Below, piece after piece: positions 16,973 through 25,772 of a stretch of 32,000 nucleotides of DNA. How positions within the stretch are numbered: position 1 is the stretch's first letter; every line of letters starts with the position of its first letter. The DNA comes from Candidatus Pelagibacter sp. HTCC7211. GTDB lineage: Bacteria; Pseudomonadota; Alphaproteobacteria; Pelagibacterales; Pelagibacteraceae. The notes beneath the pieces were generated by a model. It saw nothing but the letters and a program-made list of their open reading frames with translations, searched no databases and was not told the origin of the DNA. Location: assembly GCF_000155895.1 (NCBI RefSeq), contig NZ_DS995298.1, positions 1,320,001 to 1,352,000 of the forward strand, read 5' to 3'. Position numbers and translations under genes: made by a program.

Positions 16973-17666
16973 AGGTTTTACTCTTTTAGAATTATTGGTT
17001 GTAATTTCACTTGTTGCAATCATCTCAGCAGTTGCATATCCAAATTTTTCATCATGGAAAAAAGAAAGAGAAGTAAGATCAGCAACAGAAAAAATTGCTG
17101 GTATGATTTCAAATGTTGCAACTCAAACACAAAGAGGAAATTTTTCTTACTCTCAATTTTGGGTTCTACCCGTGCCAAACCAAAGCACCGTTTTTTTTAC
17201 TAAAGGAATGAAAAAAAATAATTTTACATCACTAATTAACTCTGGAGCGACACCAACTTGTAGAAGAGTTCAAAGTGGTCACTGGGATAGTTTAAATGAT
17301 AAAAAAATAAATATCATGGGAACTACATTTAGAGATTATTATGAAGTTTATGATCCAGAGTCTGGTATTGATAATATTGAAGTTGCAACACACTTAAGTC
17401 TAGATTCTGCTATTTGTTTTGGAACTAATGGAAGTTACTATAAAGCTGTTAATGGTTTATCAAAAGGAAGTAATACTAATATTAATATAGAGGGCGCACC
17501 AACTGCTAATTACATAATTATCTGCACTTTAGATAATGCTAAAGCATTTGGTAATAAATGCCCAAGAAAATTAGGGCTTGAAAGACCAGCATATTTGGTA
17601 AAATGGTCAAGATTTGGTAACGTTACCAAATATAAATGGAGTGGAAGTGATTGGAATAGACAGTAA
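16950..17666 (+). CDS. minor pilin, GspH/FimT/FimU-like
   Basis: 238 aa. GTG start overlaps the pilT 3' end by 23 nt. Prepilin signal (M)QQNQDIKG/FTLLELLVVISLVAIISAVAYPNF with Glu5. Confidence 0.72.
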   Translation: MQQNQDIKGFTLLELLVVISLVAIISAVAYPNFSSWKKEREVRSATEKIAGMISNVATQTQRGNFSYSQFWVLPVPNQSTVFFTKGMKKNNFTSLINSGATPTCRRVQSGHWDSLNDKKINIMGTTFRDYYEVYDPESGIDNIEVATHLSLDSAICFGTNGSYYKAVNGLSKGSNTNINIEGAPTANYIIICTLDNAKAFGNKCPRKLGLERPAYLVKWSRFGNVTKYKWSGSDWNRQ

Positions 17667-18258
17667 AAAAATAAAGCAAAAAGGGATTACTCTTATAGAG
17701 GCTTTAATTTCAACAGCAATTGTAGGCATAGGTTTTATAGCTGTATTTCAAATGGTTAACTATTCAGTTACCTCAATAGATGTGTCTGGTGAGAGGACAA
17801 AAACAAATTATTTATCCTCAATGATTGCTGAAGATTTAATCGGAGATCGATTTACTCAAATTAAAGTTGGTGGCACTGATAAAAAGATTTATGAGTATTT
17901 AGCAGATAATACTAAGCAAAATAAATATGCTTGGAAAAGAACCCCCTCATTAAATTCAAATAAAAAATGTAAGCAAGAAACAGGAAGTCCTTATAAAACT
18001 AGTGATGTCACTATTACTAATAAAGAGCACAAATGGAATCATAGATTTTCAAAAAGAATTAAATGTCGAGGGGTTAAAGATATTAAAGAGTTAAAAGTTT
18101 ATGAAAGCTGCAGAAATAATGTCAAAGTTGATGGAAAAACTAGAGTTAATTGTCATTATAGAAATCAATTCCTTTGGAATAAACATTACTTTGGCCGTAT
18201 GGAAGTAAAATTAAATAACGGTAACAAGAGTAAAGTTTTATATTTCCGAATAAAATAA
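17614..18258 (+). CDS. pilV: minor pilin PilV-like
   Basis: Prepilin signal ...KQKG/ITLIEALISTAIVGIGFIAVFQM with Glu5. The tracked start is TTG 17614. GTG at 17641 or 17647 would give a more typical short leader, so the start is uncertain. Confidence 0.7.
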   Translation: MVTLPNINGVEVIGIDSKKIKQKGITLIEALISTAIVGIGFIAVFQMVNYSVTSIDVSGERTKTNYLSSMIAEDLIGDRFTQIKVGGTDKKIYEYLADNTKQNKYAWKRTPSLNSNKKCKQETGSPYKTSDVTITNKEHKWNHRFSKRIKCRGVKDIKELKVYESCRNNVKVDGKTRVNCHYRNQFLWNKHYFGRMEVKLNNGNKSKVLYFRIK

Positions 18259-19052
18259 TGAAAAAGAAAAATTCATCAATAGCTGGTGTAACTTTAGTAG
18301 AAATATTAATTGGTATCGTCATATCAATGATCATGATGGCAGCAATGTTCACATCTTATCAAGCGGTAAACAATAGCTATTCACAAGTAATAGACCGAGC
18401 AAAGATTAGTCAAACTGGTCGAAATATATTAGGGATGATTGTTAAAGACATTAGATTAGCAGGGTTTAAATATTTTGATGATATCAGTAAGACACCAACA
18501 AACTATGTTCCGATTTATATCACTAAAGCTTCTGGTACTGGATGTGATAAACTTGATATAATGTACTCTGATCGAAGAGTAAAACCTGGATCCTCTCCTA
18601 AAACATATGAGTACACGACTTATAAAATTACTTATGAATGCAAAGCATCTAACATTGTTGATAAAAAAACAAAATTAAAAATAAATGCATTTGCAATTTA
18701 TAAATCAAAAAGTAAATGGAGTGGAAGTAATTGGGTAGCTCCAGCAACTTCTACTGATGATTTAATTTATAAAGATGAAATGATTGTTGATCATGTTCAA
18801 GATTTCATTTTGCTTCCAATTGATGAAAAGGGAAAGATAATTGATCCAGCACCAACTACTTTAACCGGTAGTAATAAAATTAAAGTAGTTGATATAATGA
18901 TGTCGGTTAGATCACAAAGTCAATTTTATAAAAAAGATAAATCATTTGAAAGTTTATCTTTGGGTAAAAAAAGCTCTAAACAATTTAATGATAGATTTTT
19001 GAGAGAACAAATTATTGTTTCTGCTCATACAAGAAATATGGGGCTTCAATGA
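18258..19052 (+). CDS. pilW: minor pilin PilW-like
   Basis: 264 aa. Leader MKKKNSSIAG/VTLVEILIGIVISMIMMAAMF with Glu5 and a PilW-like N-terminal helix (...GRNILGMIVKDIRLAGF). TAATG overlap with the pilV stop. Confidence 0.7.
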   Translation: MKKKNSSIAGVTLVEILIGIVISMIMMAAMFTSYQAVNNSYSQVIDRAKISQTGRNILGMIVKDIRLAGFKYFDDISKTPTNYVPIYITKASGTGCDKLDIMYSDRRVKPGSSPKTYEYTTYKITYECKASNIVDKKTKLKINAFAIYKSKSKWSGSNWVAPATSTDDLIYKDEMIVDHVQDFILLPIDEKGKIIDPAPTTLTGSNKIKVVDIMMSVRSQSQFYKKDKSFESLSLGKKSSKQFNDRFLREQIIVSAHTRNMGLQ

Positions 19053-19795
19053 TTAAAAACCAAAAAGGTTTTGCAATGGTTTTGTCATTGGTGCTTTTAT
19101 TAGCAATGTCATTAATGGGTGGTGCTTTAATATTAATTGCATCAGGCGATCACCAAGGGAATAATGACAGTGACCAATACCAACAAACTTTTTATGCAGC
19201 TGAAATGGGACTTTTGGATGGTGAACAATATATTTTAAATGAAAAAAATGGACCTTGGGATGCATCTACTAATGCAAGAAATTTAGCAAAAAGTAATTTG
19301 CCAGAAAAAAATACTACTAAGTTTACTGGAGTTATGTATGCAAAAAATTACTCCAAAAAAGGTAAATTTGATTACAGATTAACTAGCACTAAAAAAAGAT
19401 CAAAAAAATTTTTAGATACATCTGATACTTGTTTTAAAAGTTTTAAAGATATCGACAAAGATGATTTTTATGTAATTAAAGACGACAAAAATTTAAATGT
19501 TGCTCGAAGCATGAATGTAGGTGTACTTCTGGAAAGATCTTTTGCATCAGGAGGTACTAATGAAGAAAAATTAGAAGCTACCAGAATGAAAAAGTTTTAT
19601 TATGAATACTTCATTGAAAGAATTGGAGCTGCTAATGTACAGTTAGTTGGATCCAGTATAAAAACAACTGCAACCGATGCCTCTAAAAACGGTTTAGCTT
19701 ATCGGGTTTATTCCTGCGGCATTTATGGAGAAGACGGTGATAAAAACAAAATGATTGTATCTTTAGAAAGTGTGGTGGTTGTTCCTAAAAACTAG
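19049..19795 (+). CDS. pilX: minor pilin PilX-like
   Basis: 248 aa. PilX_N-type N-terminus MIKNQKGFAMVLSLVLLLAMSLMGG...FYAAEMGLLDGEQY with no Glu5, as is usual for PilX. ATGA overlap with the pilW stop. Confidence 0.65.
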   Translation: MIKNQKGFAMVLSLVLLLAMSLMGGALILIASGDHQGNNDSDQYQQTFYAAEMGLLDGEQYILNEKNGPWDASTNARNLAKSNLPEKNTTKFTGVMYAKNYSKKGKFDYRLTSTKKRSKKFLDTSDTCFKSFKDIDKDDFYVIKDDKNLNVARSMNVGVLLERSFASGGTNEEKLEATRMKKFYYEYFIERIGAANVQLVGSSIKTTATDASKNGLAYRVYSCGIYGEDGDKNKMIVSLESVVVVPKN

Positions 19796-19870
19796 AGTTT
19801 TATGAGACCTATAATGAGTATTAAATTAATAGACCAATAATCAAAAAATTATTATGATAATCAAATTATA

Positions 19871-20404
19871 ATGAAAAAAATTATACTTATTCTAGCAATC
19901 TCTTTAATTAGCATTTCTGCAAATGCAGCATGTAAATTTGATTTAAATTTCGGTGATGATGCATCAAAAGTTTTTGATAAATATGGTCCACCAATGAAAG
20001 AAATGTTCGAGGAACTATCATTTATTCCAGTTCCAGCTGATGATGTCTGTCCCAATCAAAATTTAAAAGATATTGCAATTGAATATCGTTTCTTAAATGA
20101 AAAATTAGCAGCAATTAATTTAATTGTTTTAAATGATGAAAAAAATTCAGCTTCAGAAAAATTAACTTTAATGAAATATGCGAAAAGAGTTTATGGAGAT
20201 TTTGATACGGGTCAAAACCCAAAAGCTTATGTTGGTTTTGAAGTGTTCGAGAAAAATAATTATTATGTAGTTTATCAAAAATTAGTTGAAGACAAAATGA
20301 TCAATGAGCAACTTTATATTTCAACCGATGAATATGATCAATTGCTTGGTGAAGTTTATAACAAAGCTGAAGAAGAAATGGATACAGGACCTAAGGAAAA
20401 TTAA
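19871..20404 (+). CDS. secreted protein of unknown function, coupled to pilY1
   Basis: 177 aa. Signal peptide MKKIILILAISLISISANA/A, two Cys, acidic C-terminus. Its TAA stop overlaps the pilY1 ATG (TAATG at 20402-20406). Confidence 0.55.
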   Translation: MKKIILILAISLISISANAACKFDLNFGDDASKVFDKYGPPMKEMFEELSFIPVPADDVCPNQNLKDIAIEYRFLNEKLAAINLIVLNDEKNSASEKLTLMKYAKRVYGDFDTGQNPKAYVGFEVFEKNNYYVVYQKLVEDKMINEQLYISTDEYDQLLGEVYNKAEEEMDTGPKEN

Positions 20405-23400
20405 TGAAAATAAAATTTATAATAACTACTTTAGTTTTATTTTTTAGTTTTGTTTCAACAAACGTAAGTTCAAAAATTTTACCTCCTGGAACAGGAACAC
20501 AAGCAGACGTTCCCTCAAACCTTTTAATATTATTAGATAAATCTGGAAGTATGGGTTGGAGAATGAGAAATGCTCAAGGTCTTAATTACATGTACGTATC
20601 TGCAACCGATAGCTCAGGAAATATTTATGTAGCACAATATTCTACTTATGGTGTTAAAAAATATAACTACTCAGATATGTCCGACGACACTTCATGGGGA
20701 AGCAATGGAGTTGTTGGAAGAAGTGGATCTTGTAGAACTTATTATCCTTATGGAATTAAAGTTCATAACGGTATTATCTACGTAAGTAGTTATTATGATC
20801 GAAGAATTAGAAAAATTAGAGTTTCTGATGGAGCTTGCTTAGGCAGTATTGTCCCAGGTAACAGTAGGGCTTATCCAATATCAGTAGATATTCATAATGG
20901 GCATTTGTATGTTACAACCAATCTAGGTTTGTTTACGCAAAACTTAAGTAATGGTGCTAGCAAAATGTGTGGAAACCCCTCTGGTTTTAGGTATTCTCAC
21001 GCAATGACAGGTAGTGGAAACTATTTGTACAGTAATTATAGCAGAAGAATATACAGAGGAACGCTGACAAGTTCTGGTTCCAATCTTTGTCCAACGAATA
21101 TAAAAGCCCATAACGCCTATGGTATGAGCTGGGTCTACGGTATGACAGCCCACCCTACCAATCCAAATGAATTATATGTAATGGCGAGAAATATGCATCA
21201 AATTTTTAAAATTACTGTTAATTCAGCAGGCACGGGTCATACTGTTAATTGGCGAAAAGGAAGGTGGGGATACCAAAAACAATCAACTGCAACCCAAAAT
21301 TACTTTTATTATCCATGGGGTATTCATTATGATGATGATAATCATCGATTAATTGTATCAGGATATAACCAAAAAAAAATTCAAGTATTTGATAATAATG
21401 GTGTCTTTATTAAAGATAAAGGTGGTATGGCTGCTACGACAAGAATGGCAGCAGCACATGCTGCAATTAAAGCAATTGTAACAGATTCTAATTTAACATC
21501 AGGGGTTAATTTTGGCTTTGGATATTGGTCAAGTAGATGGAGTGCTCGACAATGGCCACCTGGATTTAGTTCTTGGTCAGGAAATATCACAACAGGTTCT
21601 GCTAGACCTTGTGATACTCAAAACTGCTTAAAAGTGAGGGTTCATAAAGATGGTGCTGCCCAAATTAATAAAATTATTTCATCAGTAAATGCTCGTGGAG
21701 GAACGGATCCATATACATTTATGAAGATAGCTCAAGATTATTATAATCATGGAAGTTTAAGTCCAATTGATAAAAAATCTCCTTGTCAAAAAAGTTACGT
21801 GATAGTGATTGGAGATGGTGATTTTTTTCCTTCGATGGGCTGGAATACTCATATCAATATGGCAAAAGCTTTAAACAATAAAGGAATTAAAACTTTTGGA
21901 GTTGCTTTTGGAACAGGGATTAGCCCAGGTGGATTAAAAAGGTTTAATGATCTTGCAAAAGCTGGTGGAACCACTAAAGCAATTATTGCGCCAACTGCGG
22001 CAGCTTTAAAAACCCAATTACAAGCTGCAATTTCACAAATCATTGCATCTAAACTTTCATTTACCGCACCGGCAATTACTGCAACATTAAATGAAGATGG
22101 CTCTTTATATCAAGCTCAATTTGATTACGCACAAAATAAAGAGTGGAATGGAACTATTAAAAGAACCAAGATTGATAAAAATGGAAAATTATATCCAAAA
22201 GATAAAGATAACTGGAGTGCAGTTGATAAATTACCAAAGTCAGGTGCTAGAAAAATTTGGAGTGCAATTCCAAATACTGATTACACAACAAATTATAATA
22301 ACTGGACTACGAGTAATGCTACTGCAATAGATAATTTAGTAAGCTTGATGGGATTTGATGTTCAAGATTACCATCGAAAATCTAACAACTCTGATGGATC
22401 AACTAACAATAAACGTTGTGCTAATGCATCAGGTGTTGCTGATGGAACTGATGATGATCTTAAAGGTTTAATTAATTTTATTCGAGGAACAGATTACTTT
22501 GATTATGATGCTGATTGTAATTTAACTGAAGATAGGCCAAACCCAATGGGAGATGTCTATCATTCTCAATTAGTAACTGTTGGTCCACCTACTGCTGAAA
22601 CTGCATTTACAAGTGAGAACCAAGAAAGTTATTGGAGAGCTACTAAAGGTTATGACGCTTGGGCGGAAACACAAAGAAGCAGAAAAACAATGATTTATGT
22701 TGGCTCTAACAGTGGAGTATTACACGCATTGAATGCCGATACTGGTATTGAAGAATGGGGATTTATTCCTCCATTTGTTGCCTCAAGATTAACAAGAGTA
22801 ATGAACACAAACTTAAACCAAGTAAGCCCAGCTGCTAAAGGAGGAAGTAATGCAATTTACGGTGTAGATGGCTCTCCTGTACAACATGATATTTGGTTCA
22901 AAAGTCCTCATGATACTTCAGAAAGATGGCATACTGTTTTATTTGTACCTTATGGAAGAGGTGGAAGTGGATTTACGGTGTTAGATGTTACAGATCCTGT
23001 AAAACCATTTCACTTAGTCTCTATTTATAACGATCTAGTAAATAATAAAGTATATCGAATGACCCATGATCAGCAAATTTTAATGTATAATTATATTGGT
23101 AGGTCATATCCTTTATCTGAATTAATGGAAGCAAAACGTGCAGGTGATAACTATGCTCCTGACAAAGGTAGTGAAGTTGCCTCAAAACAAGTTTGTAATG
23201 ATGGCGGAACTTCATATTGCTATAAGAGTAAGAAATGGACTTTAGAAGTTAAAAATTTAACTAAGAAAGACATAACCGTCATGGAAGATGGTAAAGATAT
23301 AACTGGCTCTATTACAATCACTTACGATGCTGCAAAAGATACTGTGATTAACTTTAATAAAGAAATGCAGTTTGATGCAGATGAAACTACTGGTAATAAA

Positions 23401-24558
23401 TTAAATTCTCCAATTGGTATAACTATAAAATCAGGTGCAGTTGGAACAGGTGTGTTAACTGATCCAGAGTGGGATTATAGTTCTTTAGGTGAAACATGGT
23501 CAGATCCAAGAATGTTTAGACTACCAAACAAGGGTGCAGGTGATAATAACCGTGCAGATGATATTAATGTAGCTGTTATGGGTGGAGGATTTGGAACACA
23601 ATTCTCAGGAGCTGGAAGTAACGTCATGATTATCAATATGCAAGATACTGATAATTATGGAAAATTAGAAAAAGTAATTCAAATTGAAGATACTGCTGCA
23701 AGTGATATTGATAATTCTGTTCCATCATCATTAACAGTAATTACTCCAGATAAAGCAAAAGGTGCAAACTTTGCAGGCTCTTTAGTTTATGCAGGAGATC
23801 TTGAAGGTAAAATTACAAAGATTAATTTAACAAATATGTCAGCAGATCCTTTAGGGGTGCCAATTAAATTATATGATCATACTACTTTATTTAAAGCAGG
23901 TGCTACTAAAACAAATGGAAGATATATGTATCACGCTGTAGATGCAGCAATTGGTCAATCAACCAGTGACTTGTGGTTGTATGCTGGAACGGGTGATGCT
24001 CAAAGATTAAATGATAGAACAACTGGAACACAAAACATGATGATTGGAATTAGAGATGCCGATTATCCAAATTATAGATCTATTGCAACGCCAGCAAAAG
24101 CTGCAGATATCACGAAATGTCAAAACACTACTAATGATACAGCTGGTAAACCATGTAGAGTTCAGAATAAAGACTTGGGTTGGTATGTAACACTAAAAGA
24201 TTTTGCAAAAGTCAGTGCACAACCAAAAGTAAATAATGGTTATGTTTATTTCCCAGTTTACAGACCATCTAAATCAGTTAACAAATGTGATCTTGGAGAT
24301 GCATTTATCTGTGCTGTTGATGATGAGTGCGGAACCCATGATAGTTTCATAGGACTAGAATCTTCTAGATCAGAGCAATCTGGATCTAAGTGTAGATTTG
24401 TTGGTAAAGGGGTATTGTCAGAAATTGTACTATTTGCTGGTAAAATCTTTGCAAATATCTCTGGTAAATCTCTAGGAGCAGTGACTGATCTAGTAACTCT
24501 TGATGCCGCAACGGGCGAGTCAAGTACTTACCGAAAATCTTGGCGAGAGAACAATTAA
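20404..24558 (+). CDS. pilY1: PilY1-like pilus tip adhesin: vWA domain (interrupted by an NHL-type repeat region) plus C-terminal PilY1/PilC beta-propeller
   Basis: 1384 aa with a signal peptide. MIDAS motif LLILLDKSGSMG, with ARGGTD and VIVIGDGD later. Six ~45-aa NHL-like repeats span aa ~58-340. PilY1 hallmarks are present: WNGTIKR, PMGDVYHSQLVTVGPP, MIYVGSNSGVLHALNADTGIEEWGFIPP, VYAGDLEGKITKINL. Confidence 0.9.
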   Translation: MKIKFIITTLVLFFSFVSTNVSSKILPPGTGTQADVPSNLLILLDKSGSMGWRMRNAQGLNYMYVSATDSSGNIYVAQYSTYGVKKYNYSDMSDDTSWGSNGVVGRSGSCRTYYPYGIKVHNGIIYVSSYYDRRIRKIRVSDGACLGSIVPGNSRAYPISVDIHNGHLYVTTNLGLFTQNLSNGASKMCGNPSGFRYSHAMTGSGNYLYSNYSRRIYRGTLTSSGSNLCPTNIKAHNAYGMSWVYGMTAHPTNPNELYVMARNMHQIFKITVNSAGTGHTVNWRKGRWGYQKQSTATQNYFYYPWGIHYDDDNHRLIVSGYNQKKIQVFDNNGVFIKDKGGMAATTRMAAAHAAIKAIVTDSNLTSGVNFGFGYWSSRWSARQWPPGFSSWSGNITTGSARPCDTQNCLKVRVHKDGAAQINKIISSVNARGGTDPYTFMKIAQDYYNHGSLSPIDKKSPCQKSYVIVIGDGDFFPSMGWNTHINMAKALNNKGIKTFGVAFGTGISPGGLKRFNDLAKAGGTTKAIIAPTAAALKTQLQAAISQIIASKLSFTAPAITATLNEDGSLYQAQFDYAQNKEWNGTIKRTKIDKNGKLYPKDKDNWSAVDKLPKSGARKIWSAIPNTDYTTNYNNWTTSNATAIDNLVSLMGFDVQDYHRKSNNSDGSTNNKRCANASGVADGTDDDLKGLINFIRGTDYFDYDADCNLTEDRPNPMGDVYHSQLVTVGPPTAETAFTSENQESYWRATKGYDAWAETQRSRKTMIYVGSNSGVLHALNADTGIEEWGFIPPFVASRLTRVMNTNLNQVSPAAKGGSNAIYGVDGSPVQHDIWFKSPHDTSERWHTVLFVPYGRGGSGFTVLDVTDPVKPFHLVSIYNDLVNNKVYRMTHDQQILMYNYIGRSYPLSELMEAKRAGDNYAPDKGSEVASKQVCNDGGTSYCYKSKKWTLEVKNLTKKDITVMEDGKDITGSITITYDAAKDTVINFNKEMQFDADETTGNKLNSPIGITIKSGAVGTGVLTDPEWDYSSLGETWSDPRMFRLPNKGAGDNNRADDINVAVMGGGFGTQFSGAGSNVMIINMQDTDNYGKLEKVIQIEDTAASDIDNSVPSSLTVITPDKAKGANFAGSLVYAGDLEGKITKINLTNMSADPLGVPIKLYDHTTLFKAGATKTNGRYMYHAVDAAIGQSTSDLWLYAGTGDAQRLNDRTTGTQNMMIGIRDADYPNYRSIATPAKAADITKCQNTTNDTAGKPCRVQNKDLGWYVTLKDFAKVSAQPKVNNGYVYFPVYRPSKSVNKCDLGDAFICAVDDECGTHDSFIGLESSRSEQSGSKCRFVGKGVLSEIVLFAGKIFANISGKSLGAVTDLVTLDAATGESSTYRKSWRENN

Positions 24559-24755
24559 AATAATCTAAAGTAAAAATAAAATATCCACAAAAACATTGTG
24601 GCCATTGTCACAAAAATCAAAGCAAGACCAACTAAACTATCTTGATCAACTTTCTTTCTCCATTTTTTTGGAAAGAAGTTCAAAGAATAAGCATAGATAA
24701 TTATGAAAACATTAAATGCTGAAAATACAATGCTTAGAAAAAGAAGTTTATCCAC
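24555..24755 (-). CDS. possible small 2-TM membrane protein (doubtful)
   Basis: 66 aa, GTG start. Two hydrophobic stretches separated by KKWRKK. Its stop overlaps the pilY1 stop in a shared TTAA. It contains the candidate terminator above, so it may not be a real gene. Confidence 0.33.
   Translation of the reverse strand: MDKLLFLSIVFSAFNVFIIIYAYSLNFFPKKWRKKVDQDSLVGLALIFVTMATMFLWIFYFYFRLF
24565..24601 (-). terminator. candidate rho-independent terminator of the minus-strand pilD operon
   Basis: Inverted repeat CCACAA-aaaca-TTGTGG (24585-24601). On the minus-strand transcript it is followed at once by a U-rich run (reverse complement of 24565-24584 = ATATTTTATTTTTACTTTAG). The stem is short (6 bp, 3 G:C). 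It lies inside the 3' end of the doubtful small ORF 24555-24755. Confidence 0.4.
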
Positions 24756-24779
24756 TTAAAGAATATTTAATATTATAAT

Positions 24780-25772
24780 TTATTCCTCGAAAGCTTTACC
24801 GGTTAACTCACCACTTGCTTCCAATCTTTCAATAGTGCCTGCAAAAGTAGCCTCGTTAGCTCCATCATCAACATAACCACCCTCAACAATTATCGTTCCA
24901 AGTCCAGAGGTTGAAGAAGTAGCAGTTGTAAATTTTCCATAAAAGAATATGTCCTGATCACCAGTATTTCCTCCAGTAACTTTGTGATTAAAGTTATCAA
25001 TTAATTCTGCTTTTGTAAGGCCTATACAGCCATCACATACATCTTGAATTGTTGTGGCATTTTTTTTCATGGTGTCATTTATTCCATCAAAATTATCATG
25101 GCCATTTGTTCCATCAGCCTTAAATTTTCTTACAGTTGTTGCTACAATTGGCACTGATGTAAAACCAGCTGTACCTGAATTATAATTTGTTTGTAAGGTT
25201 GAAGTTGCCCCTTCTGCACGTGTAAGCTTTACATCAATATCAGCCCAAATTTCCTTCTTTTTAAAATTAACATAAACTTTACCTCTAGTTTGTTGAGTGC
25301 CTGTTGCACTAAATACATTATTATTTGAGCTATATGTTTTTCCATCGTAAGAAGTAACTTTCTCTAAATCAGTCCAAGCCATTGAATAAACAATTGTGTT
25401 TTGATCTGGCGTTGATACATAATCATCATCTAATTGAGTTAAATTGTCAGTTAAAGAAGTCAAAGCAGCTGATACTGATTTACTGTCAGTACTTGATATA
25501 CCAGATAAAATATCAGCAGCAGCAGTGTCAACTGTTAAACCAAACTTGGCCGCATCTGCTTGAATATCAGCTTTCAAATTTACAGTGTCAATTATACTTG
25601 AAGTTGTCAAATTATTGCTTTGTTGGTTTGCAGTATTACTAGAAGAATGGCCTAAAGACTTTGCAATTTTTGAAATTGTAAAAGAACTCTGAGTTGCACT
25701 CGTTACTCCTGAATAAGAGTTAACAATCAAAAGTAAAAAAATTGTGAATGAGTTTAAAAAAATTTTTATCAT
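24780..25772 (-). CDS. secreted Ser/Thr/Asn-rich protein of unknown function
   Basis: 330 aa. Signal peptide (FTIFLLLIVNSYSG), no lipobox Cys. Low-complexity polar N-terminal third. The C-terminal ~170 aa look beta-rich and end DIFFYGKF...EATFAGTIE...LTGKAFEE. TAATG overlap with the FecR-domain gene stop. Confidence 0.6.
   Translation of the reverse strand: MIKIFLNSFTIFLLLIVNSYSGVTSATQSSFTISKIAKSLGHSSSNTANQQSNNLTTSSIIDTVNLKADIQADAAKFGLTVDTAAADILSGISSTDSKSVSAALTSLTDNLTQLDDDYVSTPDQNTIVYSMAWTDLEKVTSYDGKTYSSNNNVFSATGTQQTRGKVYVNFKKKEIWADIDVKLTRAEGATSTLQTNYNSGTAGFTSVPIVATTVRKFKADGTNGHDNFDGINDTMKKNATTIQDVCDGCIGLTKAELIDNFNHKVTGGNTGDQDIFFYGKFTTATSSTSGLGTIIVEGGYVDDGANEATFAGTIERLEASGELTGKAFEE

Noticed and set aside
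18146-23215. Minus-strand ORFs 18146-18352, 19053-19265, 19861-20055, 20944-21153, 21381-21590, 21849-22043, 23021-23215, and the + strand out-of-frame ORF 22091-22330
   Set aside because: All lie within or opposite the minor-pilin and pilY1 coding sequences. They are short, with no signal peptides or domains, and their reading frames conflict with supported genes.
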